The notes beneath the pieces are model-generated. The model was not told where the DNA came from, made no database searches, and worked only from the letters and a program-made list of their open reading frames with translations. A stretch of DNA of 64,000 nucleotides from Pavona decussata (lineage: Eukaryota): NCBI GenBank assembly GCA_977016875.1, contig CDRNST010000085.1:310001-374000 (forward strand). Reading direction: 5' to 3'. A program made the translations under genes and the position numbers. Of this stretch, positions 1-12,600 are shown piece by piece; position 1 is the first letter of the stretch; every line of letters starts with the position of its first letter.

Positions 1-1
1 A

Positions 2-244
2 TACATGCAAAGAGGAACAGATAACGGTCTGACAGGCTTGAGAATTGGCAAGTTTGAAGTGTCTAAACTTCCTCAGAGTTGCAAGACGATTGATCTGTCG
101 AAAACGGCGAAACGAAACGAGTACCTGGCAAATGCTGTGATGGCTAACAACTTTGCCAAAGCGTCAGCGGAAGTCTTACTTCAATACCATGAGCCAATTC
201 CGTGCACAGTTATTTATCCGCCACCAAATGGATCCAATTGCTAA
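2..244 (+). CDS. Possible 3'-terminal coding exon of a gene starting upstream of the window (product unknown)
   Basis: Frame open from the window edge (YMQRGTDNGLTG...IPCTVIYPPPNGSNC*) with protein-like composition, followed by UTR-like sequence and AATAAA at ~568. No family recognised. Confidence 0.4.
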   Translation, partial: YMQRGTDNGLTGLRIGKFEVSKLPQSCKTIDLSKTAKRNEYLANAVMANNFAKASAEVLLQYHEPIPCTVIYPPPNGSNC

Positions 245-1205
245 GAAGAAATTTGAGGATACTCAGGAACGTAAGACTTTGCAAGTGTTTGTGTGTAATG
301 AAGACTATGAAACTGTCAGTTGTTCACTCAAACTTGATTGTACAGAATGGCTTAATGTTGTTTTTAATATTGGCGATGAATATTAGACATAACAGTTTGA
401 GTCTTTTGCTGGTTAGCTTGCTCGCAGGCTATTTGCTAGGAACTTTAAAGGATCCTAGTCATTCACTTTGTTTTGCGCGTCTTGAAGACGATATCAGTCA
501 GCCATTTTCGCATATGGACTGATTCAGGCTTCTTCAAAATGAATTTGGATTCTGCTACATGCTACCTAATAAAGCCCGTTCGTCAACACGTGCTTCGATA
601 ATCATTGGTTTTATTTGATGGATCATTTATGCACTGTTTGTGATTTTTCGCGTAAAATATGTAACACAAACTCAGGATTGTAATATCTCTTTGAACATCG
701 CGAAACATTCAAGCTTTTCGATCGAATCATCACTGAAACAACTTGTTCGTTATTTTCCATGATGAGACAAAGATATTCCATAGCTTAAGTTTGGAGGGCT
801 TATTGGACCACTGATTCGCTGACATTTAACTCTATATCAAGCGTACTAGAAAGGTCCGAGAGATATGAAGGCTCATCGAACATGAAATGTGCAGCAAATC
901 TGGTCACGACCAATGATACTGGCGGCCATCTTAGTCGTGTTATCTAGACGATTTATTCTTACTAAACGTGTATGAAGTGCATTTCGCCGAGGTAATTGTG
1001 AAGAGAAATGTTTGTGATCTGTTTGTTTTGTGTTAAATAATTTATCGTTGATTAAGGGGTTTCATTTTATGACATCATAGCTTGTTGTGTGAGGGAATGT
1101 GATTTGTATTGTCTTATCCTGTACCGAGTCAAGACATGCGATCGCTTAAGCAGTTGCAACCGAACGCGGGGAATTTAGAATTTGTTTACCACTCGATGTC
1201 ATTCC

Positions 1206-1311
1206 TAGCCTGCCAACAGCAGACGTATTTCCGATCGTCGCTTCTCTCCCTACGAAAAATATCGTAGGGAGAGAAGCAACGATCGGAAATACGTCTGCTG
1301 TTTGCAGGCTA
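1206..1311. mobile_element. Palindromic MITE with TAGCCTG...CAGGCTA termini and 9-bp TSD (AcademH-like, non-autonomous)
   Basis: Near-perfect 106-bp hairpin. Exact direct repeat TGTCATTCC at 1197-1205 and 1312-1320. Superfamily is inferred from TAG..CTA ends plus a 9-bp TSD. Confidence 0.85.
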
Positions 1312-2136
1312 TGTCATTCCTTGCTGTGGTAACGGTTTATTGGGATGGAAAACTACGATATCCAGTCAAACATGTTCTGTGCTCAAATGAAATCTTTCAA
1401 AATTATTTGATTTTCTCCACGCGTTGTCATGAATATTTTACTCCCACTCTGTGAGTTTTATTTCGGTAAGCGCGAAGGACTCCTCGCTCACAGACAGAAG
1501 AGCGTCGTTGTAATCTTGTAAGATCTCAAAATACAGATCAAGTGCGTTCGCTAGAAATAGCGAAGGACTTTTATTTCAATACGCTAAATAACGATGAAAG
1601 ATAAACTATTATGACATACATTGCGGGTTGAGATTCGGTGAGAGTAAAATGAGGAATGAGTTCGCGGAATGACATAATTATGCGTGATACGATATACGCG
1701 CAATGACTTAAAGAAGTAAATTAACTGAAAAGCGCGTCCTGTTTTTGTGCCAATTTTATAAGAGCAGCAACATTTTTTGATGTGGCGAATATTAGTTGCG
1801 GTTACAAAAGCCATACATTTTACGTGTGTAACCCATTTCCCCGAAGTGAACTTGCCTCGTGGAAAATTCCATAGATACGTCAAAAAGGAACAAAAGATTT
1901 CCCATGACAGTTCCAGAGGTAAGTGCTATCGGGTTAACAAAAACGTTAAGCGGCTTAACCAATCACAAGAAAGTGACATGTACCTAACAATAGAAATCAC
2001 GTGTTGTTTACGTGCTGTGCTCAAGACATCTTGGCGCCAAATCATACCCGCTACTGTATTTCAAGCTCGGCAACAATCACAACATAGCTCTATCTTTATA
2101 AATTTCCACCACTGAGTGGTCAAAAACCATACTGTT

Positions 2137-2327
2137 CAGGGCCCAGTTGTTCAAAGCCTGATTAAGCTAATCCTGGATTAACGCAAACTTTGACCATTTG
2201 ACCATGACCATTCTTCACCTTTAGCTTGAAATTAGCCTTTAAAACCATTTTTAACGAGCAAGCTGAAAGCCTCGATTAAATCTAATCGTGGATTAGCGTT
2301 AATCGGCTTTCGAACAACCCGGTCCAG
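2137..2327. mobile_element. MITE with CAGGGCCCAGTTGTTC-type terminal inverted repeats
   Basis: Imperfect TIRs cagggcccagttgttcaaagcc...ggctttcgaacaacccggtccag. Related copy at 22257-22399 and a half copy at ~14650-14693. Confidence 0.7.
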
Positions 2328-2801
2328 AAGTCGCTGAAACCAATTTTGTGGTTTTGTTCGTACACGTTGGTGAACAACGAGTCGTTGTATTCTTAAATAT
2401 AAAAGGAAAAACTGCAAGCTCAGTAAAAAGCGTATTGGTTGTTGGCGTCCACATTCCCTTCTTGAAATAAAGTGCTGAGTCACTAAACCTTTTTGTGTTG
2501 GAGGCTGTCAGTAAAAGCGGCAGAATTACCGAAAATGTTTCATGGTTCGTGTCATTCATGTTTACGCCGTCAGTTTCCCGTCAAATAGGGTAAAAGTTTA
2601 TCGTTGCGTGTAACCGCAAGCATGAAATCGATCGAACCCAGACTGAACCCAAACTAAGCTATTTTCCCAAGGGGAGCCTTGGGGAAGAAGTCTAGTGTAA
2701 CCGCACCTACAAGTATGAGCTGGTTGAAAACATTTTTCAACAAAACAAACCAAAAACCCCTGGTCCAAATAGAACACGACGCAATTTTTTATTTACTATG
2801 A

Positions 2802-5800
2802 ATCTGTTAAGCCACAATCAGATAATAACAAAGGCAAAAGCCATTAGTCGACTTTTTCGTTAAGTGCTCCGTTGAAAAATCTAACAACTATTGTTCAGAC
2901 CTGAGCTGGTGACGCCCGGCTAATTATATTCGTAACATGAGAAGTGTCGTAAAAGGGGGTAAAAGTGGTTCCATTAAAGATGTAAACTGGTACCAGAAGC
3001 TAAAACTAATTTACCTTTTTGTCAATTTTTGTTTAACGACTCTTTAATTTGCTTTTCAATTTCCACGCCTTTGGAAAAAGGAATTTCAAAAACATCCACA
3101 CAGAAATTTAATTCCTTATCCTCTTGCTGACAATTATGGGCTTCTTGATTGAATGCTGAAAAAAACCCAATTTTTTACTGGCCCGGTTATTTAAGTTATT
3201 CAAACCATGCTAAGCTAACTCAAAGTTACCGTCAACATTGTGCAAGTCAGTTTTAAGCATCATGAATGTATATACTTGCAAATCATGTTTGACCCTTTGT
3301 ATTTCGACATTGACTTCTGTTAACCTCTTCTAATCGGTAAAAACGTACTTAAACAAGAAAAATATTGCTTTCTTTTTTTACCTTGAAGTGGTATTAAAAA
3401 ACTTTATTGAACGTACAGGTCCTTGACTTTAATCAGGGAGGAGCCCACAGACCACTTTCTAATTTAGATTCTTGACAAAAATCCGCCATCGCTTGTCAAA
3501 TGTTTAGTCGAATGACCAATTTTTGATCGCAATCAAAGCAAAGTAGACACTGACTGCCAAAAAGATTTAGTTTGTATTCGTCCTCTACGTTGGACCTCCA
3601 CAACATTGTTTAAAGGTAAGACGCCTCACAAGGAATATAGAATTAACTGAACAAATTATAAAGCGTGGAACAACCTCAGTATCCGTGCAATTTACAAGTG
3701 TCAAAACACGCGAGAAGCGTAAAAAATCTGCTAGTCATTTGGCTCGTTTATTATTAAATGATCGAAGTGAATACTTCCTTGTTAAGATCTGAGTCGTTGG
3801 GGGGGAGGGGGAAAGAAGCATTTTGTTGCGATCAATAGGGCACTTGGCCTCATATTAACGATTGTCAAGCAAAAGTACTAATACAATTTAGAACTCTTGG
3901 CACCTGAACAACATAAGAGAAAGGCTAAAGACTTCGAAGGAAAGTAAGTTCACTTTGTTTGCTATGTATCAAAACCCTCAGTCGTGCTAAGACCTGTTAA
4001 CAGTTCAGTAATGCTTGGCTTAATCTACTCTATCCGTCTCTCCAAATAACGGGTAAATAATTATCTTCGATCCATTTTGTTTAAGAAGCAGATCTTTCCC
4101 ATGTTAGATATTTAATCCTGCCAAAAAAAAAAAACAACAACAACAACAACACTCCAATGGCCTTCCTTCTTTTCAAAAAAAATCAGGAGCAAAGGCATTT
4201 TACTTTGTTATTGCATCAAATCTCCCCGTTGTAAAGTAGTGTTTGTCAACTCACATTGACAATAACAATATGTTCCTTGAGAGAAAAGACAAGAATGAAG
4301 CACATAGGAAACGTTTTTCGTGAAAGAACATTTTAATATAATTTAGTCAAATTTGCGAAGCCAAACATTCTGTGGAGAAAAAGGTGGAAAAATGTTGCTA
4401 GAGCGAGAATGAACGTTTCTTTCCCCTGCAAAAATGTGTGACATATTTTAAACCTCGTGTTTTCCTTATTTGTTACTTGGCAAGATTTAAGAGTTACGGA
4501 GTGGGGGAAGAAGGGATGGGGACGTGTAAATGCAATATTCCAACATACATTGGTTGGATCTGTTTAGCCATAATCGAACAACAGAGGCGGAAGCCATTAG
4601 TCGACTGTTTTGATACACGGTGTCGCTGAAGCATGTCAAATAACTATTGTTAAAACCTGAACTGGTGACGCCCAGCTTATCATATTCGTAACGTGAGAAG
4701 AGTGGTAATAGGCAGTAAAAGTAGTTCTATTAAAATTGTAAACTGGTACTAGTAGCTAAACTAACTTACCTTTTACTCAAATTTTTTACGACCATTCAAT
4801 TTGCTTTTCATTGTTCTTACCTTTGGAAAACGGGATTTCAAAACAGTCCACACAAATATTTAATTCCTTATCATTTTGCCTTACGAAAATTATGGGATTC
4901 TTGACTATAATGTTTAAAAAAAAACAACTTTGCTACTGCCCCGGGTATTTAAGTTTTTCAAGGCATGCAAAGCTAGATCGTGCTTCGTTTTTTATTTTTA
5001 ACTTGGAGTGGTATTAATAGACTTTATTGAACGTACCGGTCCTTGATGTTAATCAGGGAATAGCCCACAGACCACTTTGTAATTTACTTTGTTGACAAAT
5101 ATTAATCATCGCTTATCAGATATTTAGTCAAATGATCAATTCTTGATCGCAATAAAAGCAAAGTAGAGACTAACTGCCAAAAAGGTTCATTTTGTATTCG
5201 TTTATGTTGAACCTCCACTACATTGTTCATAGGTAAGTCGCCTCACAGAGAATATAGAATAAAACCAACCGTGGAACAACCTCAGTATCCAAGCAGTTCA
5301 CAAGTGTCAAAACACGCGAGAAACGTAAAAAAATGTGCTGGTCATTAGGCTTGTTTATTATTTAACGATCGAAGTGAATACTCCTTCGTTAAGATCTGAA
5401 TCGTTGGGGAGGGGGGGGGGGGAGGGGGGAACAAGCATTTTGCTGCGATCAATAGGACACTTGGCCTCATATCAACGATTGTCAAGAAAAAGTACAGATT
5501 CAATTTAGCACTCTGGCACCTGAGCAACATAAGAGAAAGGCTAAAGACTTTGAAGGAAAGTAAGTTCAGGCTTTGTTTGCTATGTATGAAAACCCCCAGT
5601 CTGTTAACAGTTCAGTAATGTTTGGCCTAATCTACTCTATCCGTCTCTCCAAATAACGGGTGAATAATTATCTTTGATCCATTTTGTTTGAGAAGCAGAT
5701 CTTACCCATGCCAGGCATATTCCCATGCCAAAAAAAATGGCCTTACATCTTTTGAAAAAAGAATTGGGAGCAAAAGCATTTTACTTTGTTCAGTTGCATC

Positions 5801-8781
5801 AAATTTCCCCGTTGTAAAGTAGTCTTCGTCTACTCACATATATTGAAAATAACAATACGTTCATTGAGAGAGAAGACGAGAATGAAGCACATAGGTAACG
5901 TTTGCCGCGAAAAGGCATTTTAAAATCCTTAGGTTAAATTTCCCAAGCCAAACATTCTCTGGAGAAAGAGATCGAAAAATGTTGCTAGAGCGACTTTCCC
6001 CTGCAAAAATGTGTCACTTATTTGAAATCCTGTGTTTTTTCTTTGTAAGTTACCTAGCAAGATTTATGAGTTACGAGACGGAGAGGGGGGACGTGTAAAC
6101 GCAATATTCCAACGTTGACTGTTTAGCCATAATCGAACAACAGAGGCGGAAGCCATTAGTCGACTATTTCGATACACGTACTATTTTTAAAACCTGAAAT
6201 TTTGGCGCCCAGCTAATATATTATATTCGTAAGGTAAGAAATGTGGTAAATGGCGGTAAAAGTGGTTCCATTTAAAAAATAAACTGGTACCAGAAGCTAA
6301 ACTAATTTTCCTTTTCGGGAATTTTGTTTTGCGACTATTTAATTTGCTTTTTAATGTCCTCACCTCTGGGAAACGAGATTTCAAAAACATCCACACAGAA
6401 ATATAATTCCTTATTCTCTTGCCTTACGACAATTATGGGCTTCTTGACTTGAATGCTTAAAAAAAATAATTTTTCTACTTCCCCCGTTATTTAAGTTATT
6501 CAAGCCATGGTAAGCTAAAACTTGCTGGGTTTTTTCTTTTTTACCTTGGAGTGGTATTAATAAACTTTATTGAACGTACGAGTCCTTGATTTTAATCAGG
6601 GAATAGCCCACAGACCACTTTTAAATTTACTATGTTGACAAAAATCAGCCATCACTTAACAGATATTTAGTCGAATGATAAATTTTCGATCACTGTCAAA
6701 GCAAAGTAGACACTAACTGCCAAAAAGGTTCAGTATGTATTGGTTTCATTGAACCTCCACTACATTGTTTATAGGTAAGACGCCTCACAGAGAATGTTGA
6801 ATTGCACAAAGTGTGGAACAATCTCAGTATCCACGCAGTTCACAAATGTCAAAACACGCGAGAAACGTAAAAAATCTGCTAGTCATTTGGCCCGTTTATT
6901 ATTTAACGATCGAAGTAAATACTTCTTTGTTAAGATCTGGGGCGGTAGAGGGGGAGTGGAAGCAAGCATTTTGCAGCGATCAATAATATATAGGGCAGTT
7001 GGCCTCATATTAACGATTGTCAAGCAAAAGTACTGATTCAATTTTGGAATCTCGGCGCCTGAGCGACATAAGAGAAACAGAGGCTAAAGACTTTGAAGGA
7101 AAGTAAGTTCACTTTGCTTGATATGTATTAAAATCCTTAGTCGTGCTAACACCTTTTCAATGTTCAATTATGTTTAGCCTAATCTACTCTATCCGTCTCT
7201 CCAAATAACAGGTAAATAATTTTCTGTGATCAATTTTGTTTGAGAAACAGATCTCACCCATGCCAGATATTTTACTCGCGCCAAAAAAAAAAAACAACAA
7301 CAACACTCAAATGGCCTTACCTCTTTTGAAAAATGAACGAAAGGAAAAGAATTTTACTTTGTTATTGCATCAAATCTCCCCCTTGTAAAGTAGTGTTTGG
7401 CCAATCAACATGAAAATAACAGTATTTTCCTTGAGAGAGAAGACGAGAATGAATCATATACTTAAAGTTTGCCGTAAAAGGACATTTTAATCTCCTTTAC
7501 TTAAATTTGCGAAGGAAAACATTGTACAGAAAAAAATCGATAAATGTTTTTAGGGCGATAATGAACGTTTCTTTCCCCTGCAAAAATGTGGCACTTATTT
7601 TAAACCCTGTATTTTTCTTCATGAGTTACTTAGCAAGATTTTAGGGTTACGAGGGGGAGGGGAAGGGGGGGGGGGGGGGGGCTGTGAACGCAATATTCGA
7701 ACATTAAATTGGTTGGACCTTTTTAGCCGTGATCGAACAACAGAGGCGATAGCCATTAGTCGACTGCTTTGATACACGGTGTCGTTGAAGCATGTCAAAT
7801 AACTATTGTTAAAACCTGAAATGGTGACGCCCAGCTAATTATATTCGTAACGTGAGAAGTGTCTTAAAAGGCGGTAAAAGTGGTTCCATTAAAAATGTAA
7901 ACTGGTACCAGTAGCTAAACTAATTTACCTTTCTGTCAATTTTGTTTTACGACTTTTTAATTTGCTTTTCAATGTCCTCACCTTTGGGAAAAGGGATTTC
8001 AAAAACATCCACACAGAAATTTAATTCCTTATCCTCTTGCCTTACGACAATCATGGGCTTCTTGATTTGAATGCTTAAAAAAACCACAATTTTTTACTGC
8101 CACTACTGTGCTGATTCAATTTGGGACTCTCGGCACCTGAGCAACATAAGAGAAAGGCTTTAGGCTTTGAAGGAAAGTAAGTTCACTTTGTTTGCTATGG
8201 ATCAAAACCACCGGTCGTGCTGAGATGTGTTAAAAGTTTAGTAAATAATTATCTTCGATCCATTTTGTTTGAGAAGCAGACACCACCCATGCCAGATATT
8301 TTACTCGTGCCGAAATAAAAAACAACGCTTAAATGGCCTAACCTTTTATGAAAAAAGAATTTGGAGCAAAAGCATCTGATTTTACTTTGATGGCATCAAA
8401 TCTCCCCGTTGTAAAGTAGTGTTCGTCTACTTACATTGAAAATAACAATATGTTCCTTGAGAGAGAAGACGAGAATGAAACATATTGGTAACGTTTGCCG
8501 TGAAAGGCCATTTCAATATACTTCACCTAAATTTGCGGGCTTGAGCGATAATGAATGTTCCGTTCCCTTGCAAAAATGTATCAATTATTTTTAACCATAT
8601 CTTATGTTGTTTTTTATAAGTTACTTAGCAAGATTTAAGAGTTACGAGGGGGAAGAGGAGGGGGGGGGGGGGGTGGGACGTGTAAACGCAATATTCCAAC
8701 ATTCAATTGGTTGGACCTGTTTAGCCATAATCGAACAACAGAGGCGGAAGCCATCAGTCGACTATTTTTAATACACGGTGT
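2802..8781. repeat. Long-period tandem array: four diverged units (about 1.75, 1.56, 1.60 and 1.0 kb) plus a short partial unit
   Basis: Anchor AGCCAT(T/C)AGTCGACT recurs at 2839, 4592, 6151, 7751 and 8749. Internal blocks recur in the same order (aactggtacc/t-ag, agcccacagaccacttt, taatctactctatccgtctctccaaataac, gaaggaaagtaagttc, poly-G tracts). The fourth unit has an internal deletion near 8100. No conserved ORF. Confidence 0.93.
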
Positions 8782-9708
8782 CTATTTGTATCAGATCGGA
8801 GAAGGAAGAAGTCTTTCTCTGTAGCATGACAGCCATAGGTATTAAAACATCGTAATGTTTTAATACAGCATTTAATTGGTTAAATTCTATTGTTTGTAAC
8901 TCGTTAACACATTCAATTGCAGTGAAAAGTTACAGAGCGTTTTCGAAATAGGATAAAAAATGTACGTGGAGTGATCGCACAATAATCGCTAACAGTCGCG
9001 AAAGAAAAAATTCGTAGACCCGTTTTTGTTGTTTATATGTTAAACTAGCTACTGTCCAAATTTGAAGGCAAGCGAAATAATTCCCTTTGAGTTTTAGCTC
9101 TTTTAACTTTCTTCTTCAACTATAAAAAGATTGATTCGAGAGACAGTACTAAAAATTGGGCAATTCAATTTATTTCAAAATTCTTAATATAATTTGATAG
9201 CGAGCTCTATAAGCTTTAATTTGATATAAGGGTTTAGGTATCTATAGTTAAAACCGGAAGCGCTACTTCGCTTGGACGCGGAACTTCTCTAAAGGTATAC
9301 GGTAACCTTTACTGCGCATTCCACATCTGCCCAGCCCATCTTTCACAGTATGTCTTCCCTCCGCCTCCACTTAAGCGTAATTTCCTACTTTCTCTCCTTA
9401 CAGAAGGAACTTACTTTGAGATATGGTGACCTACTCCATTTTCATAATTGCCTTGCTGCAAATCTATCTTCTTGATGGAGTCTCAGGTTTGTTGATCTAG
9501 TTATGTAAGCCAATGAGATTTTCTAACCCGTAGTGTGTCCCCACAAGCTTTGTGTTCATCCAATAGCTGTCTCCTACACATGTGTGACTTAAACTTTAAA
9601 GCCTTAAGAGACCTAACTTGAGGAACTTGTTATAGTCCATTCATAATATAGCCATTCGGAGTTGGTGTATTTGCTAATAAGTGCCATTAGTTTCTTCTTT
9701 ACTAGCAG

Positions 9709-10255
9709 CAAGGTGGCATGGCTGAGAGGTCGGACGCGCGGACTTTGCAATCCGTAAATCCAGGGTTCAAGTCCTTTCTCTGACTATTTAAATGAAATTG
9801 TTTCACGGAAGTCCCTTCTTGATATCGACAGCCACGTCTGGCAGTTGGGATTTTTAAAGAATTGCATTGAGTTTGCAATGTTTCTTTGAGTTATTTACAG
9901 GGTCTTAAGGACGGTGCCTACTAATATAGAAGTATTTTTGTGCGGTTTATGACTATGCGGGAAAAGCAGATCTTAGGAAAGCCTATTGGAATCCAAAACG
10001 AAGATTGGGGGTAGCCACGCATTTTTCAGAGATAACTAAGCAATGATATCTCCAAAAAGCGCCAAAATATGAAGCAATGTATGGGATTTTTTCCTAAATT
10101 GAAGCTTTATTATCTCTGAAAAATGCATGGTTACCCCCAATTTTCTTTCGAGATACCAAAAGCGTTTGCTACGTTCTGCCTTCTCCGCATAGTTTTAAAC
10201 CGCGCAAAAATATTTCTGTATAGCAGGCACCACCCATAGGAAACCCGAGTATCTC

Positions 10256-10306
<51 letters not shown>

Positions 10307-10356
10307 ACAACTTCTTTCAGTACTAAATACATTGACACCTAAAATAAAGTTATTTT
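9709..10356 (+). mobile_element. Degenerate tRNA-derived SINE, interrupted by a TTAA-flanked MITE
   Basis: A-box-like (tggctgagagg) and B-box-like (gggttcaagtcc) head. Its 3' tail (tactaaatacattgacacctaaaataaagttatt) matches the tail of the SINE at 19543-19770. Confidence 0.7.
9909..10300. mobile_element. Non-autonomous DNA transposon, 15-bp TIR GGACGGTGCCTACTA, TTAA TSD (Kolobok-like)
   Basis: TTAA at 9905-9908 and 10301-10304, perfect 15-bp TIRs. RR..YY ends with TTAA fit Kolobok better than piggyBac. Confidence 0.85.
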
Positions 10357-10836
10357 TCATGCGTGCCATTGCATAAATTTGATAATTATTTCATGAGAGC
10401 GGATATGGAATGCTTTGATAGTCAACGAAGTGCGTGATGCCGAGTTTCCTTTAATCATCCTATATCCAGCAAGCTGGTCCCTTATCCAAAAAGCTCCCAG
10501 GTCCTGCTGATTTCATTTTAAAGAAAACGTCTTTATCTACACTGTACTTAGCAGATGATTAAATGATCGCTATTTGTCGGGCATGCCGTGATAATAGCCG
10601 TTAATTATCTCAAGGCCGCTAAACCACACACACTTCTGAAATGCATTATCTAATGCTCCAGTTTTTAATAACCATTAAAATGCATTTGGCAACGCCGTTA
10701 GACAAATAGGTATTTTCTTTGTTTTAGAATTATCAGACATTCAAAAATTATAGCAATACTTAATCGAGCAGTCTAACTGACGAGACGCGAGCTAGCTGGC
10801 TAAAGTTCAAGCTGAATGCTTTCTGTTTTCCTCCAG

Positions 10837-12104
10837 GGGACTTAACCGTAACTTTGGCTGTCTTTTCTGGCCGTCCTGATCCAAAGTGGAAGATTTCATC
10901 GACTGATCCAAGTTACAAGCAAATAGTTACACAATTACAGAAGGCGAAAAATGACAAGTTTACCTACCGACCCGAAGACATGCCAGCGCGGTTGGGCTAC
11001 AAGGGGATCCTAGTTCAAGATACGATGAAGACGGAATCGGATCTAATTGTTGGTCCAAACACGGTGACTCTCCAGCAGCTTCTACTGAGTACCATGCCAA
11101 AGGGCATCATACCAAAAGCCACACTGACGAGCGTTTTAGAGGAGATCAAACGAGGAAAGGTCTCCGCCGACGTGCAGGTCACAAAACGCTTTGCACCCGA
11201 CTATTTCCCAAGTTGGTGGAATGGAAACCGTGGTAGACTGTTAAATAACAATTGCTACAACTATGCGAATGACAAAGCTACCGGTACCTTTGCACAACCG
11301 GGGAGAGCGTATGACCTTGCACGTGGCGTAATTGCAGATGTGGATGATTATGATTTGGACATGACCCCAGCAGCGGTGCAAGCTGGTGCTGTAAATGATG
11401 GTTTGCAAGTCGTGAACGTCCCTCGACCTCCTCAAGGTCCCTTTGTCCAAAACCCCCTTCCCAGAGTCCCCGAAGGACCACGCCACCTTGTGGCACTAGT
11501 TGTTGACCCAGGTTAGTAACCAAGATTAAATACTCTTATTAGAAGTTATTTAACTGTATCTGGCAGGAGCATTCTGGAGAAAAGATTTCGTGGGACAGAA
11601 AATCCGACACGCAGACTAAAATCTGGCTATCAGTGAGTGACAGACAGGCACACAGATAAACAATGTTCAGCCATTTGATAGCCATTAGATACATGCCAAT
11701 ATAGACTCACGGAGAGGAGCAAATTTCGTTGCTTAATTCCAACAGAAAATTGATCATTATGACGCCTAAACCTAGCGATTTTTATATACCCTCTAGTTTT
11801 CCTTTCACTCCCAAGTTTTCCGTGTACCTTAAGCCCAGTACATATGCTATAAGCAATTCCTTCTTCCCCGTTCCATTGACATTAACGTTCGATTCGTTTC
11901 TTTCTGTCTTTTCGGTTAGATGAGGATTTCCACTGGTACCGCCTGGATAGCGACGGAAAATGGTCTCATAAACCTGGCGAAACCCGTGCCTCACAATATG
12001 ATAACGCCGGCCATTACATCACTGATCCAAGGCGTGCCAATATGGGCAACTATAGATTTGTTGGTTTCATGTCCACGGATAAACATGCTATTAACATCAG
12101 ATGA
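10837..12104 (+). CDS. Insoluble matrix shell protein 1-like protein; putative papain-fold Cys-His-Asp enzyme with N-terminal pro-like domain (5' exon uncertain)
   Basis: Exon 10837-11511 (acceptor ttttcctccag, donor G|gttagt, phase 1) joins exon 11920-12104 (acceptor ttttcggttag, TGA 12102-12104). Motifs: FSGRPDPKW, RLGYKG, NNCYNYA, FAQPG, LVALVVDPDEDFHWYRLDSDGKWSHKPG, ITDPR, YRFVGFM. AATAAA at 12219-12224. Candidate phase-1 start exon ATGACAGCCATAG|gt at 8826-8838. Family name is from motif recollection, not a search. Confidence 0.85.
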
Positions 12105-12318
12105 AGCATTAACTTCCTCTATGTTGCTTTACATCATAGCAGAGTTGAAGCCCATGAAAATGTAATTAAGATAATTCATGAGTAATTGTCTTTTCTGTAA
12201 TGTAACTTGATCAACGACAATAAAAGGCTGCTTATGCTTGTCTTAACTGTAACTGTTTGCCAGCTCTTAGTACCACCGTCATTATCTCCAACGAATAAAC
12301 TGGACCGATAACTTTAAG

Positions 12319-12600
12319 TAATGTTTAAAACACGAGCAGCAGTGTTTTATCAGGATTTAAAACCACGAGGCGCAGCCGAGGGGCTTAAGACCCGATAAAA
12401 CACGTGCTGCGAGTATTTTGAACGGCTTCAAAAACATTGCTGGAAAAGCGTGTGTCTAGAGAGTTCATAACAATGATGCTTTTGTGAACGTTGGAAATTA
12501 GCATACGAGAAAAACATCAAACGCCGCATACTAATGAGGAGGAGGTTTTATCGGGTTTTAAAACCGCTGCACGTGATGTTTTATCGACCATTTGATAGGT
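12319..12600. repeat. Interspersed repeat with a hairpin centred on GAGGCGCAGCCGAG
   Basis: Inverted arms gcagcagtgttttatc / gataaaacacgtgctgc around GCGCAGC (12370-12376). Similar cores at 30086-30100 and 43608-43614. Confidence 0.6.

Noticed and set aside
1777-1918. Alternative first coding exon for the 10837 gene (phase-1 donor AG|GTAAGT at ~1918)
   Set aside because: Phase fits, but the peptide is neither a signal peptide nor family-like and it would need a 9-kb intron over the array. Not excluded without transcripts.
9525-9560. AACCCGTAG, the 5' end of miR-100
   Set aside because: Match stops after 9 nt (continues TGTGTCCCC, not ATCCGAACTTGTG) and no pre-miRNA hairpin is evident.
11920-12165. 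ORF MRISTGTAW... as listed in the track
   Set aside because: Wrong frame; the real exon reads (D)EDFHWYRLD... after a phase-1 intron and stops at 12104.
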